Shown here one piece after another: positions 41,334 through 50,321 of a stretch of 64,000 nucleotides of DNA. The DNA lies in the NCBI GenBank assembly GCA_016934555.1, contig JAFGSS010000088.1, positions 430-64,429 on the forward strand, read 5' to 3'. Positions within the stretch are counted from its first letter, which is position 1. Every line of letters begins with the position of its first letter. Under the pieces are notes generated by a model, which saw only the letters and a list, made by a program, of their open reading frames with translations, made no database searches and was not told where the DNA came from. The DNA comes from Acidobacteriota bacterium (lineage in GTDB: Bacteria > Acidobacteriota > UBA6911). The translations under genes and the position numbers were made by a program.

Positions 41334-43136
41334 CTAGGGGCGCACGCTCCGCTCTCTGATGAATCCCTCGATCTTATCCAGAAACAGTTCCAGGGACTGC
41401 GACCCCTCATCCCCGAGAAAACGGTTGCGTACGGAAACCTCCCCGGACTCGAGTTCCTTGTCGCCGACCACCAGCATGTAGGGAACCTTCTGAGTCTGGG
41501 CCGCGCGTATCTTGTAGCCCATCTTTTCATTCCTGCCGTCCACCTCGACGCGCAGGTTCGCTTCCTTCAGCCGGCGCATCACCCGCTGGGCGTACTCGTG
41601 GTGGCGCTCCGCGATGGGAATGACGACGGCCTGCACCGGGGCCAGCCATATGGGGAAAGCGCCGGCGTAATGCTCGATCAGGACCCCGAGGAAACGCTCG
41701 ATCGACCCCAGCAGCGCCCGGTGCAGCATGACGGGCGGGTGCGGTTGGCCGTCGGACGCGGTATAGGTGATGTCGAAACGCTTGGGCAGCGTGAAATCGA
41801 ACTGGATCGTGGAGAGCTGCCAGGGCCGCCCGATCGCATCGATGAGCTTCACATCGATCTTGGGCCCGTAGAACACCGCCTCCCCCTCCATCCGGGTCCA
41901 GCCGATGCCGCGGGAGGCGAGCGCCTCCGTCAGCGCGCTTTCCGCCAGGGCCCAGTCCTCCTCGCTTCCGGCGTAATTACCCTTGTTGGCCTCGTCGCGG
42001 ACCGACAGCTCCACCTTGTACTGGTCGAACCCGAAGTTCTTCATGACGAAGAGGACGAGATCGATCGCGTCGGAAATCTCGCCGGCGACCTGCTCGCGGG
42101 TGCAGAAGATGTGGGCGTCGTCCTGCGTGAAGCCGCGGACCCGGAGCATCCCGTGCAGCACGCCGCTCTTCTCGTAGCGGTAGACGGTGCCGAATTCGGC
42201 CAGGCGCAGGGGAAGGTCCCGGTAACTGCGCATCTGCGTCTTGTAGATGTGGATGTGCCCCGGGCAGTTCATCGGCTTGATGACGAACTCGTCCTCGTCG
42301 ATGTTGAAGACGTACATGTTCTGCCGGTAGTAATCGTAGTGCCCCGATATCTTCCAGAGGGTGTCCCGGGCCACGTGGGGGGTGGTGACGAATTCATACC
42401 CCCGCCGGTAGAGCTCGCTGCGCAGGAAATCCTCGACGATCAGGCGCAGCCGCGTCCCCTTCGGGTGCCAGAAGGCGAGCCCGGGACCGGCTTCGTCCGA
42501 CATGCTGAACAGGTCCAGTTCCTTGCCCAGCTTCCGGTGATCCCTCTTTTTGGCCTCCTCGAGCTGCTCGAGGTAGCTCTTGAGCTCCCCCGCAGTCAGG
42601 AACGCGGTCCCGTAAATCCGCTGCAGCTGCGGCCGATGCTCGTCCCCCCTCCAGTAGGAACCGGCGACGCTGAGGAGCCTGAAGCTCCCCGGGTCGATCT
42701 GGGAGGTGGAGCAGAGGTGGGGACCCAGGCAGAAATCGACGAGATCCCCCAGCCGGTAGCAGGAGAGGGTCTCCCCGGCTTTCTCCCCGATGAGTTCAAC
42801 CTTGAGGTGCTCGCCGCGGGCGGCGAACTGCCCGATCGCCTCCTCCTTGGAGAGGACGCAGGGCTCGAAGTTGAGGTTGCCGGCGGCCAGCGCCTTCATC
42901 TCCGCCTCGATCCGGCCGAGGGCGTCTTCCGAAAAGGTCTCGGGGCATTCGAAATCGTAATAGAAGCCGTCGCTGATGGCCGGGCCGATGCCCAGGTGGG
43001 TCCCCGGATAGAGACGGCATACAGCGGCCGCCATCAGGTGCGAAAGGCTGTGCCGGTAGACCTCGAGCGCCTCAGCCCCGGTGATCTCCCCTTCGGTACC
43101 GTCCGCGTATCTCACTTTCAGCGACATATTCAACAT
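41334..43136 (-). CDS. thrS: threonine--tRNA ligase (N-terminal TGS domain mostly absent)
   Basis: 600 aa with an editing-domain HxxxH...CxxxH region, class II catalytic core and anticodon-binding domain. It is ~40 aa shorter than the canonical N-terminus. Confidence 0.9.
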   Translation of the reverse strand: MLNMSLKVRYADGTEGEITGAEALEVYRHSLSHLMAAAVCRLYPGTHLGIGPAISDGFYYDFECPETFSEDALGRIEAEMKALAAGNLNFEPCVLSKEEAIGQFAARGEHLKVELIGEKAGETLSCYRLGDLVDFCLGPHLCSTSQIDPGSFRLLSVAGSYWRGDEHRPQLQRIYGTAFLTAGELKSYLEQLEEAKKRDHRKLGKELDLFSMSDEAGPGLAFWHPKGTRLRLIVEDFLRSELYRRGYEFVTTPHVARDTLWKISGHYDYYRQNMYVFNIDEDEFVIKPMNCPGHIHIYKTQMRSYRDLPLRLAEFGTVYRYEKSGVLHGMLRVRGFTQDDAHIFCTREQVAGEISDAIDLVLFVMKNFGFDQYKVELSVRDEANKGNYAGSEEDWALAESALTEALASRGIGWTRMEGEAVFYGPKIDVKLIDAIGRPWQLSTIQFDFTLPKRFDITYTASDGQPHPPVMLHRALLGSIERFLGVLIEHYAGAFPIWLAPVQAVVIPIAERHHEYAQRVMRRLKEANLRVEVDGRNEKMGYKIRAAQTQKVPYMLVVGDKELESGEVSVRNRFLGDEGSQSLELFLDKIEGFIRERSVRP

Positions 43137-43240
43137 TCCACTTTCGTCCCGGTTCTCCGGGGCCTTCTAGGGATTCTCGATCGGAAGACTGGGCAGGGAA
43201 ACTCTCCGGATCCGACGCTCGACTTCGCCCGCGTGGGCGA

Positions 43241-43285
43241 GGCCCGTGTTTTCAAGGCCCGTGTCTCCAAGGCCGGTGTTTTTCT
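43241..43285. repeat. three tandem 15-nt direct repeats immediately 3' of tRNA-Val and 5' of thrS
   Basis: The repeats are GGCCCGTGTTTTCAA / GGCCCGTGTCTCCAA / GGCCGGTGTTTTTCT on the plus strand. They are adjacent to the GC palindrome TCGCCCGCGTGGGCGA at 43225-43240. Confidence 0.7.
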
Positions 43286-43359
43286 GGTAGGCGCGAGCGG
43301 ATTTGAACCGCTGACCCCTTCCGTGTCAAGGAAGTGCTCTCCCCCTGAGCTACGCGCCT
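43285..43359 (-). tRNA. tRNA-Val (anticodon GAC)
   Basis: The minus strand reads AGGCGCGTAGCTCAGGGGGAGAGCACTTCCTTGACACGGAAGGGGTCAGCGGTTCAAATCCGCTCGCGCCTACCA. It forms a cloverleaf with a 7-bp acceptor stem, D-arm GCTC/GAGC, anticodon stem CTTCC/GGAAG with loop TTGACAC, T-arm AGCGG/CCGCT with TTCAAAT, and an encoded CCA. Confidence 0.85.
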
Positions 43360-43417
43360 AAAAAATAAGGACTTAAACTACCAGATAGAGGGAAATAGTG
43401 TCAATCCCCTTTTCGGC

Positions 43418-44656
43418 CTAGGCTGCAATTTTTGCCGGAATATTTTCTCCGAGCAGAATTTCCAGGGCCTTCTCGAGCTGAATTTGTTCCACTTTCTCCT
43501 GAAGCCGCTGATATTTCCCGTCATCGTCCTCGTCGTAGTAGGACTCGACCGCCAGGTCCTGGCGCTTTTCGCTGTCCGGGGATTCGAGATCCGGTTCGAT
43601 CCCTGTTGTGCGCGCACCGTCATCCTGGATGATGGTGCCGCCCGGCGTGCAGTATTTGGCCGTGGAGAGAACGAGGAGCGCGCCGCTCTTCAGCTGGATC
43701 GTCTTCTGCTCCGACCCCAGGCCGAAGGAGCGCTCCCCCACGAGAGTCGCCCTCTTGCCGTCCTTCAGGGCGCCGGCGACGATTTCGGCCGCCCCGGCCG
43801 TGGAGCCGTTGATCAGGACCGCCGCCGGCAGGAGGGTGACCGTCTTTTCCGGATCGGCCTCGACCACCAGCACCTTTTCCCCCTCCCGGTTGCGACTGTA
43901 GTAGATGACGCCGTCGGAGAGAAAATAGTTGGCCACGGTCGCGCCGTTGGCCGCACTCCCGTCGGCGCACCCCCTGAGATCGAGCACGATCTTCCGGGCG
44001 CCGGCGGATATGAGGGTCTTCAGCTTGATTTTCGCCTGTTCGACCGCCTGATCCCGCAGCGATGCGATCTTGAGATAGCCTACGCCGCCGTCGAGCATGC
44101 GGGAGCCGACCGGGGCCTCCGACGGGGCCTCCAGAGCGAATTCCAGCTCCCTGGGCTTGGTCCGGGAATCGCGGAAAAGGGTGATCTTGACCCGGGTCCC
44201 GGGCGCGCCTGAGAGGAGGCTGTCCACCTCGAGAAGGCTCTTGTGTTCCACCCCCTCCCCGTCGATGGCGATGACGTAATCCCCCCGATGCATCCCCGCC
44301 CGGGCCGCCGGCCCTTCCGGATCCAGTGAAACCACGTAGATCACGTCCGATTTCCGGGAAAGGACCACCCCGGCGCCCGCCGTGCCCAGCGCCCGCCGCC
44401 GCTCGAGATCCTCGAACTGCTTCCGCGTGAGAAAGCCGCAGTACGGGTCGAGCGCGTCCATCATGCCCCTCATCGCCCCTTCCTGGACCTCGTTCATGTC
44501 GGGAACTTCGACGTACTCGTCCCGCACCCGGTCGAGCACCTTCATGAACACCGACAGCTCCTTGTAAGCCTCCTTGCCGAAAAAGGCCGCCGAGGCGCCG
44601 TAGAGCACGATCAGAAAGGACACCAGAAAAATCAGCAGCTTTCCCTTATGGAACAT
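43418..44656 (-). CDS. ctpA: carboxyl-terminal processing protease (S41 family)
   Basis: Start at MFHKGKLLIF (ATG 44656; the upstream part of the listed ORF is read-through). TM anchor, PDZ domain (GDYVIAIDG), and S41 catalytic region (GSTAGAAEIVAGAL, GERSFGLGSEQ). Confidence 0.85.
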   Translation of the reverse strand: MFHKGKLLIFLVSFLIVLYGASAAFFGKEAYKELSVFMKVLDRVRDEYVEVPDMNEVQEGAMRGMMDALDPYCGFLTRKQFEDLERRRALGTAGAGVVLSRKSDVIYVVSLDPEGPAARAGMHRGDYVIAIDGEGVEHKSLLEVDSLLSGAPGTRVKITLFRDSRTKPRELEFALEAPSEAPVGSRMLDGGVGYLKIASLRDQAVEQAKIKLKTLISAGARKIVLDLRGCADGSAANGATVANYFLSDGVIYYSRNREGEKVLVVEADPEKTVTLLPAAVLINGSTAGAAEIVAGALKDGKRATLVGERSFGLGSEQKTIQLKSGALLVLSTAKYCTPGGTIIQDDGARTTGIEPDLESPDSEKRQDLAVESYYDEDDDGKYQRLQEKVEQIQLEKALEILLGENIPAKIAA

Positions 44657-44786
44657 GAAGCCTCCGGATTGGCCTAGATCAACCGATTGCATGATATAGC
44701 AATCGCCGCCCGGGATCAACGGCCGCCTCCCCGTTGACGGTGACCCCTTCGTGTGCTCCAATTGGAAAGTGACCAACCGGGGACGC

Positions 44787-45188
44787 ATGCTGGCGGTGGA
44801 CTACGGGGAAAAGAACGTGGGGCTGGCCTGCTCGGACGAGCTCGGCCTGACCGTCTCCCCGCTCCCCTCGCTCCCCAACCGAGGGAAACATGATTTTCTG
44901 CGCCGCATCGCGGCGGCGGTTTCCGAGCTCGGGGCCCGGGAGGTGGTGCTGGGGATGCCGCTGCGCATGGACGGATCGAGCGGGGATGCCGTCGACCGCA
45001 TGGACGGGATCCTGCGATCCCTCCGCCGGGCGGTCCCGATACCCGTCAGTGGGGTCGATGAGCGGCTCTCCACCGTCGAGGCGCTCGAAATCTGGCGCGC
45101 CATGACGCCGCGGCAGCAGAAGCGCTACCGGACCGTCGATTCGCTGGCCGCGGCCCTTATCCTGGAAAGACATCTCGAGGGAAGCTGA
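44787..45188 (+). CDS. ruvX: Holliday junction resolvase-like protein RuvX/YqgF
   Basis: MLAVDYGEKNVGLACSD...VLGMPLRMDGS matches the YqgF/RuvX pattern. Confidence 0.85.
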   Translation: MLAVDYGEKNVGLACSDELGLTVSPLPSLPNRGKHDFLRRIAAAVSELGAREVVLGMPLRMDGSSGDAVDRMDGILRSLRRAVPIPVSGVDERLSTVEALEIWRAMTPRQQKRYRTVDSLAAALILERHLEGS

Positions 45189-45189
45189 T

Positions 45190-46221
45190 TTGAAACGCCT
45201 GCTCGCCGCCGCCATAGCCGCCGCGGGGCTCCTGGCCGTCGCGGGCCTCCTTTCCGGTCTCTGGTTCCATCTGCAGATGACGACCCCATACCTCGGTGCG
45301 CCCGGGGGGGAGGTCTACGTCGAGATCCCCCGCGGCTCCGGCACGAGCGCGGTCGCCCGCCTCCTGGTCGACCGCGGGGTTCTCCGCTCCCGACTCCCCT
45401 TCCTCCTCTACCTCAGGGGGACCGATTCGGAAGGCCGCATCCAGGCGGGGGAGTACCGGTTCGCCGAACCGGCCACCCCGCGCGAAATCGCGCGCCGCCT
45501 GACGACGGGAGACGTCTACTTCCGTTCGATCACCGTACCCGAAGGGCTGACGGCGGAGGAGACCGTCGGGCTGCTTGCGGAAAACGGCTTCGGGACGCTG
45601 CCCGAACTGCGCCGGGCGCTCGAACGCACCGAGTGGGTGCACGACCTGGCGCCGGAAGCCCGGAACCTCGAAGGGTACCTCTACCCCGAAACCTACCGCT
45701 TCGGCCGCGGCGCCGACGCCGAAGCCGTCATCCGTAAGATGACGGAACAGTTCCGGTCGGCCGTCACCCGGACCCTCGGCGAACACCCGCTGCCCGAAGG
45801 GTGGGACATCCCCCGGATCGTCACGCTGGCGTCGCTGATCGAAAAGGAGGTCAAGAGGAGGGAGGAGGGGCCGATGGTCGCCTCCGTCCTGGTCAACCGC
45901 CTGGACAGGGGAATGACGCTGGGATGCGACGCCACGATCATTTACGCCATGAAGCTCGCGGGCAGTTGGGAGGGGCGGCTGGGGAAGGCGGATCTGCGCA
46001 TCGACTCCCCCTACAATTCGTACCTGCACCGGGGGCTCCCGCCGGGACCGATCTGCAACCCCGGGGCGTCATCGCTGGTCGCGGCGCTCCGGCCCGCCGC
46101 CACCGATTATGTCTACTACGTCTCCCGCAACGACGGGACGCACCAGTTCTCGCGCGATTACGCCGCCCACCGGGAGGCCGTCTACCGGTACCAGCAGGCG
46201 CCCTTCCGGAAAAGGAACTGA
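45190..46221 (+). CDS. mltG: endolytic murein transglycosylase MltG (YceG family)
   Basis: N-terminal TM helix and YceG domain (EGYLYPETYRF, LIEKEV, SPYNSY). Confidence 0.9.
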   Translation: MKRLLAAAIAAAGLLAVAGLLSGLWFHLQMTTPYLGAPGGEVYVEIPRGSGTSAVARLLVDRGVLRSRLPFLLYLRGTDSEGRIQAGEYRFAEPATPREIARRLTTGDVYFRSITVPEGLTAEETVGLLAENGFGTLPELRRALERTEWVHDLAPEARNLEGYLYPETYRFGRGADAEAVIRKMTEQFRSAVTRTLGEHPLPEGWDIPRIVTLASLIEKEVKRREEGPMVASVLVNRLDRGMTLGCDATIIYAMKLAGSWEGRLGKADLRIDSPYNSYLHRGLPPGPICNPGASSLVAALRPAATDYVYYVSRNDGTHQFSRDYAAHREAVYRYQQAPFRKRN

Positions 46222-46223
46222 GC

Positions 46224-46613
46224 TCAGTCGCCGAGCGGCTCCCGGCGCCGCCGGAGCGGTTCCGGCAGTTCGGCCGTTATTCTGCGGGCGAAGAGGAGAA
46301 ATCCCTCCAGCGTACTCCCGGTCCCCCACAGCCGGGCCGTTTCCCCGTCCAGGGGCTCGTCCTCGTTCATGTCGAGCATGTGCAGCAGATGTTCCGGCTG
46401 CGAACGGTTGAGGGGACAATCGAGATCCAGGCAGTGTTCCCCCTGCTGGCAGCAGCCGTCCTCCACGTCCACGTGGCGCGCGAACGCCCTCCTGACCGGG
46501 TCCCGGCCGATGTACAGGTGCCGGACCCGGCCGGAGTATCCGCAGACGGCGGCGGAAAATTCCTGCCCCGCCGGAAGCGCGTAATCGATCCATTCGGTTT
46601 CATATCTGGGCAT
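46224..46613 (-). CDS. hypothetical Cys/His-rich protein
   Basis: 129 aa with a GGGGAG RBS 7 nt upstream and acceptable codon usage. Cys/His cluster GCCQQGEHCLDLDCPLNRSQPEHLLH. It lies 25 nt downstream of the beta-barrel OMP gene on the same strand. It has no recognisable family. Confidence 0.45.
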   Translation of the reverse strand: MPRYETEWIDYALPAGQEFSAAVCGYSGRVRHLYIGRDPVRRAFARHVDVEDGCCQQGEHCLDLDCPLNRSQPEHLLHMLDMNEDEPLDGETARLWGTGSTLEGFLLFARRITAELPEPLRRRREPLGD

Positions 46614-46638
46614 GCGGGCTCCCCGGGCGTGCGAAGGG

Positions 46639-47214
46639 TCAGAACCGGAAAGTCAATCCGGTGGTGAGGACCAGACCCGAATCCCATTTCTCCCGGGTAT
46701 CGAGGTCGGTCAGGTTTGGCAGACCGGTCAGGACGTGCGACAGGTCCAGGTTGATCCCGAGGTGCTTCTGCATCCAGATGTGGGCCCCCGCGCCGTAGGC
46801 GGCGCTGAACTTGGTATCCCCGAGGCTCCCCTGTCCGGTGTCGATGCTGAAACGGGAGAAGCCGAGCCCCCCCTTGGCGTACAGCCTCAGCGGCCCGTAG
46901 TCCTTCGTCTGGTAGCGGACCCCCTGCTGGTTGTTGATCATGCGGACGCGCAGGCTGGCGTTTTCGGCGGAACCGAAAAACGAGAACTGCGTCCACATGG
47001 CGAACCAGGGGGCCATGTTCTGCGCAATCGAAAAACCTCCTCCCCCGAGGCTGCGCGGCGCCAGATCGTGCTCTTCCAGGCCGACCCTGTAACTGAAATC
47101 GCGGTATTGCTGGTAAAAGCCGGTGATTTCCGTCTCCCCCTCGGCGAAAACCGCGGCGGGACAGAGCAGCAGCAGCGCAAGCACGCCCTTCAGAATCGTC
47201 GAACAATGTCTCAT
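46639..47214 (-). CDS. outer-membrane beta-barrel protein (OmpW/OmpA-like small barrel)
   Basis: Start MRHCSTILKGVLALLLLCPAAVFA (signal peptide), alternating amphipathic beta strands, aromatic-rich, C-terminal F. Confidence 0.65.
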   Translation of the reverse strand: MRHCSTILKGVLALLLLCPAAVFAEGETEITGFYQQYRDFSYRVGLEEHDLAPRSLGGGGFSIAQNMAPWFAMWTQFSFFGSAENASLRVRMINNQQGVRYQTKDYGPLRLYAKGGLGFSRFSIDTGQGSLGDTKFSAAYGAGAHIWMQKHLGINLDLSHVLTGLPNLTDLDTREKWDSGLVLTTGLTFRF

Positions 47215-47316
47215 TTCGCCTCCGTCATGGGAATAGTACTCTATGTACCATGGTTCCGCCCCGGTCACAAGCGGCCGGATGTTGACTTCCGCCGGGGGGG
47301 GTGCTACGATTTTTCC

Positions 47317-47934
47317 GTGTTACCAGAATTGCCACTTAATCAGCAGGTTAGAAAGATTTTGCGCAGGCCTTTCCTGAAGCTCCTGTTCTTGGTCTGCCTT
47401 GCGCCTCCCCTTTCGGCCCAGCCGGAAAAACCCAGCCTGCCCGACCCGGTCAAATTCATGAACAAATTCGACCAGGTGGCCAACATGACGCGCGCCGTGC
47501 TCGAGGATATGGGGTACGCCATCGAACGGGACGACCGGAAGGAGGGGAGGATCACCACGCGCCCCCAGGAGTTCATCACCGGGTCCCTGACCTCGAGCGA
47601 GGTGGACAAGGTCGCCGTCCGGCGGGACACCCTGACCGGCAACTGGCTCAAGGCACGGCAGGTGATCGAAACCGTCCTGGAAATCGTCTCCCCCACCGAG
47701 ACCATGGTCACGGTGCACGCCACCATCTCCGCCCTCAACCGCGATGTCGACGGCACGGAAAAGTGGGTGCCGCTCGACTCCCGTGGAACCCTCGAGCGGC
47801 GGGTCCTGGGCCGGATCAGCGTCAAACTGATGGGGAGTGACGATCCCGTCAGGGAAAGAAAGGGCTTCTGGGGACAGAAACCTCAGCCGGTCGACCCCCG
47901 CCAGCCCAGGTTCCCCATCGATCCGGCCAGGTAA
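47317..47934 (+). CDS. hypothetical secreted protein
   Basis: Signal-peptide-like N-terminus (RRPFLKLLFLVCLAPPLSAQ). The start is ambiguous: GTG 47317 or TTG 47359. It has no recognisable domain. Confidence 0.45.
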   Translation: MLPELPLNQQVRKILRRPFLKLLFLVCLAPPLSAQPEKPSLPDPVKFMNKFDQVANMTRAVLEDMGYAIERDDRKEGRITTRPQEFITGSLTSSEVDKVAVRRDTLTGNWLKARQVIETVLEIVSPTETMVTVHATISALNRDVDGTEKWVPLDSRGTLERRVLGRISVKLMGSDDPVRERKGFWGQKPQPVDPRQPRFPIDPAR

Positions 47935-47937
47935 ACC

Positions 47938-48558
47938 TTGAACCCAGACCCTGTCCCCCTGAACCTGTTCGGCGTCGCGCTCTTCGCCATCGGGGTGCTG
48001 GGCACGGCCGTCATCTTCTTTTTGTCCTACCGGAAGGGGCGGCGCGGGCGGGGGGCCCCCGTCCCCCCGCTGTTTGCCCTGCCGGGAAACGCGCCCGGGG
48101 TCTGGGCCGACCTCGCCCGGGCCCTGCTCCTGCTTGTCGGGGCCGCCGCGGCCGCCGCCCTCCTCCTGGTGCTGCTCCCCGAAAGGACCTTTGACTCTAT
48201 GACGGGCGCGCTCCACGCCCGGCACGCGGGGGGCGCCGCGGAAAGGATCGCCCTTCTCTACCTGGGGGATGCACCGGGCGACGAGGCTTTCCGGATCCGG
48301 GCCGTGGTGAGGAACATCTCGGCGGACCCGATCGCGGGCCTGGACGCCGCGGTCCGCCTCTACGCCCGCGACGGGAGCCTCACGGAAACCGTCATCGCCC
48401 GGATGGACCGGGAGACGGTCGGGCCCGGAGAACTCGCGCGGCTGGAAGTGGCGCTCGTCGGCGGCCGGCCCCAAATCGGCGCCTATTCGGTCGAGTTCAA
48501 GCTGCGCGGCGGGGAGGCGCTCGCCTACAGGGACATGCGCAGACCGGCCGCACGCTGA
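47938..48558 (+). CDS. hypothetical membrane protein (two TM helices plus a C-terminal soluble domain)
   Basis: The TTG start abuts the upstream stop, and the stop overlaps the ABC transporter start. Two hydrophobic helices (LFGVALFAIGVLGTAVIFFL, LLLLVGAAAAAALLLVLL). Confidence 0.5.
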   Translation: MNPDPVPLNLFGVALFAIGVLGTAVIFFLSYRKGRRGRGAPVPPLFALPGNAPGVWADLARALLLLVGAAAAAALLLVLLPERTFDSMTGALHARHAGGAAERIALLYLGDAPGDEAFRIRAVVRNISADPIAGLDAAVRLYARDGSLTETVIARMDRETVGPGELARLEVALVGGRPQIGAYSVEFKLRGGEALAYRDMRRPAAR

Positions 48559-50321
48559 TGGCGCGGTCCCGATACCCGCTTTTGGTCCTGGGCCCCTATC
48601 TCGGCCGCTACCGCGGCAGGCTCCTCGTCGGCGCCCTCATGGTCCTGCTGACGGTCGTCGCCGGAATGTTTTCCCCCTGGGTGCTGAAGTACGTGGTCGA
48701 CGGCCTGAGTCAATCGGTCGACCGCGGCAGGCTCCTCACCTACGCGGGCCTCATCGTGGCCATTTCCCTGGTCGAGGGTTTTTTCCGTTTCTGGATGCGC
48801 AGGATCCTGATCGGGGTCAGCCGGCAGGTCGAATACGACCTGCGCAACGATTTTCTGGCCCACGTGCAGAGGATGTCCCTTTCCTTTCTGCACTCCCGCA
48901 GCACGGGCGACATCATGTCGCGCGCGACCAACGACCTCGGCGCCGTGCGGATGGTGCTCGGCCCGGGAATCATGTACTCCATGCATACGGTCATGCTGCT
49001 GGTGATCAGCACCGCCATCCTGGTGAACCTGAACTGGAGGCTGACCCTGCTGGCCTACGTGCCGCTGGCGCTGGTATCGATCTCGGTCAAGCAGTTCGGC
49101 CGGCGGATCCACGACCGCTTCGAGGAGATCCAGGAGCAGTTTTCCGCCATGAGCACCCGCACCCAGGAGAACCTCGCAGGCATCCGCGTCGTCAAGGCCT
49201 TCGCGCGCGAAGAGTCCGAGATCCGCGCGTTCGAACTCCTGAACCGCGACTACGTCCGGCGCAACGTGTCCCTGATCCGCCTCTGGGGCGTCCTCTACCC
49301 TCTGATGACGGCGCTGATCGGGCTCTCCTCGGTCGCAGTGCTCTGGCTCGGGGGGCGGCACGTCATCCACGGGCGGCTGACCCTGGGCGAATTCGTGGCC
49401 TTCATGGGATACCTGTCGATGCTCGCCTGGCCGACGATCGCCATCGGGCGGGTGATCAACATCTTCGAGCGCGGCTCGGCCTCGATGCGGAGGATCCTGG
49501 AGATCCTCGAAACCCCTCCCGGCATCCGGGATCTCGAGGGCGCCGGCGAACCTCCCGGCGCCGCCGGCGCCCTCGAGATCCGCAACCTCACCTTCAGCTA
49601 CCCCACCTCCCGCCGCCCGGCGCTCCGGGACGTCTCCGTTTCCGTGCCGGCCGGGAAGACGCTCGCGATCGTGGGGCGCACCGGGAGCGGCAAATCGACG
49701 CTGGTGAACCTCATCCCGCGCCTGTACGACCCGCCCCCCGGGACCGTTTTCGTCGACGGCCGGGACGTGCGCGCCTGGCCCCTGCACGCCCTGCGGCGCC
49801 GGATCGGCTGCGTGCCCCAGGAGACCTTTCTCTTTTCCGACACCATCGCGGAAAACATCGCCTTCGGGACCGACGGGGCCGGCGAGGAGGAGATCCTCGC
49901 GGCCGCCCGGGTTTCCCAGGTCGCCGGGGACATCGAATCGTTCACCCGGGGGATGGAGACCTTCGTCGGCGAACGGGGGATCACGCTTTCCGGGGGGCAG
50001 AAGCAGCGGGTGGCCATCAGCCGGGCCGTGGTCTGTTCCCCCGCGATCTTGATCTTCGACGATTCCCTCTCCAGCGTCGACACCTACACCGAGGAGAGGA
50101 TTCTGCGGGAACTCGCCGCGGTCATGGAAGACCGGACGACGCTCCTGGTCTCGCACCGGGTCTCCACCGTGCAGCGCGCCGACGAGATCGTGGTGCTCGA
50201 GGAGGGGACCGTCGCCGAACGGGGAACCCACGAGGAGCTGCTGCGGCTCGGGGGCGTTTACGCCGAGCTCTATCGCAAACAGCTCCTTGAAGACGAACTC
50301 TCGGAAATCCAGGGATCATGA
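48558..50321 (+). CDS. ABC transporter permease/ATP-binding protein (type I exporter half-transporter)
   Basis: Six-TM domain plus NBD (GRTGSGKST, LSGGQKQRVAISRA, ILIFDDSLSSVD). Confidence 0.9.
   Translation: MARSRYPLLVLGPYLGRYRGRLLVGALMVLLTVVAGMFSPWVLKYVVDGLSQSVDRGRLLTYAGLIVAISLVEGFFRFWMRRILIGVSRQVEYDLRNDFLAHVQRMSLSFLHSRSTGDIMSRATNDLGAVRMVLGPGIMYSMHTVMLLVISTAILVNLNWRLTLLAYVPLALVSISVKQFGRRIHDRFEEIQEQFSAMSTRTQENLAGIRVVKAFAREESEIRAFELLNRDYVRRNVSLIRLWGVLYPLMTALIGLSSVAVLWLGGRHVIHGRLTLGEFVAFMGYLSMLAWPTIAIGRVINIFERGSASMRRILEILETPPGIRDLEGAGEPPGAAGALEIRNLTFSYPTSRRPALRDVSVSVPAGKTLAIVGRTGSGKSTLVNLIPRLYDPPPGTVFVDGRDVRAWPLHALRRRIGCVPQETFLFSDTIAENIAFGTDGAGEEEILAAARVSQVAGDIESFTRGMETFVGERGITLSGGQKQRVAISRAVVCSPAILIFDDSLSSVDTYTEERILRELAAVMEDRTTLLVSHRVSTVQRADEIVVLEEGTVAERGTHEELLRLGGVYAELYRKQLLEDELSEIQGS

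Noticed and set aside
40893-43361. 822-aa plus-strand ORF
   Set aside because: Antisense to infC, thrS and the tRNA-Val gene, with no domains.
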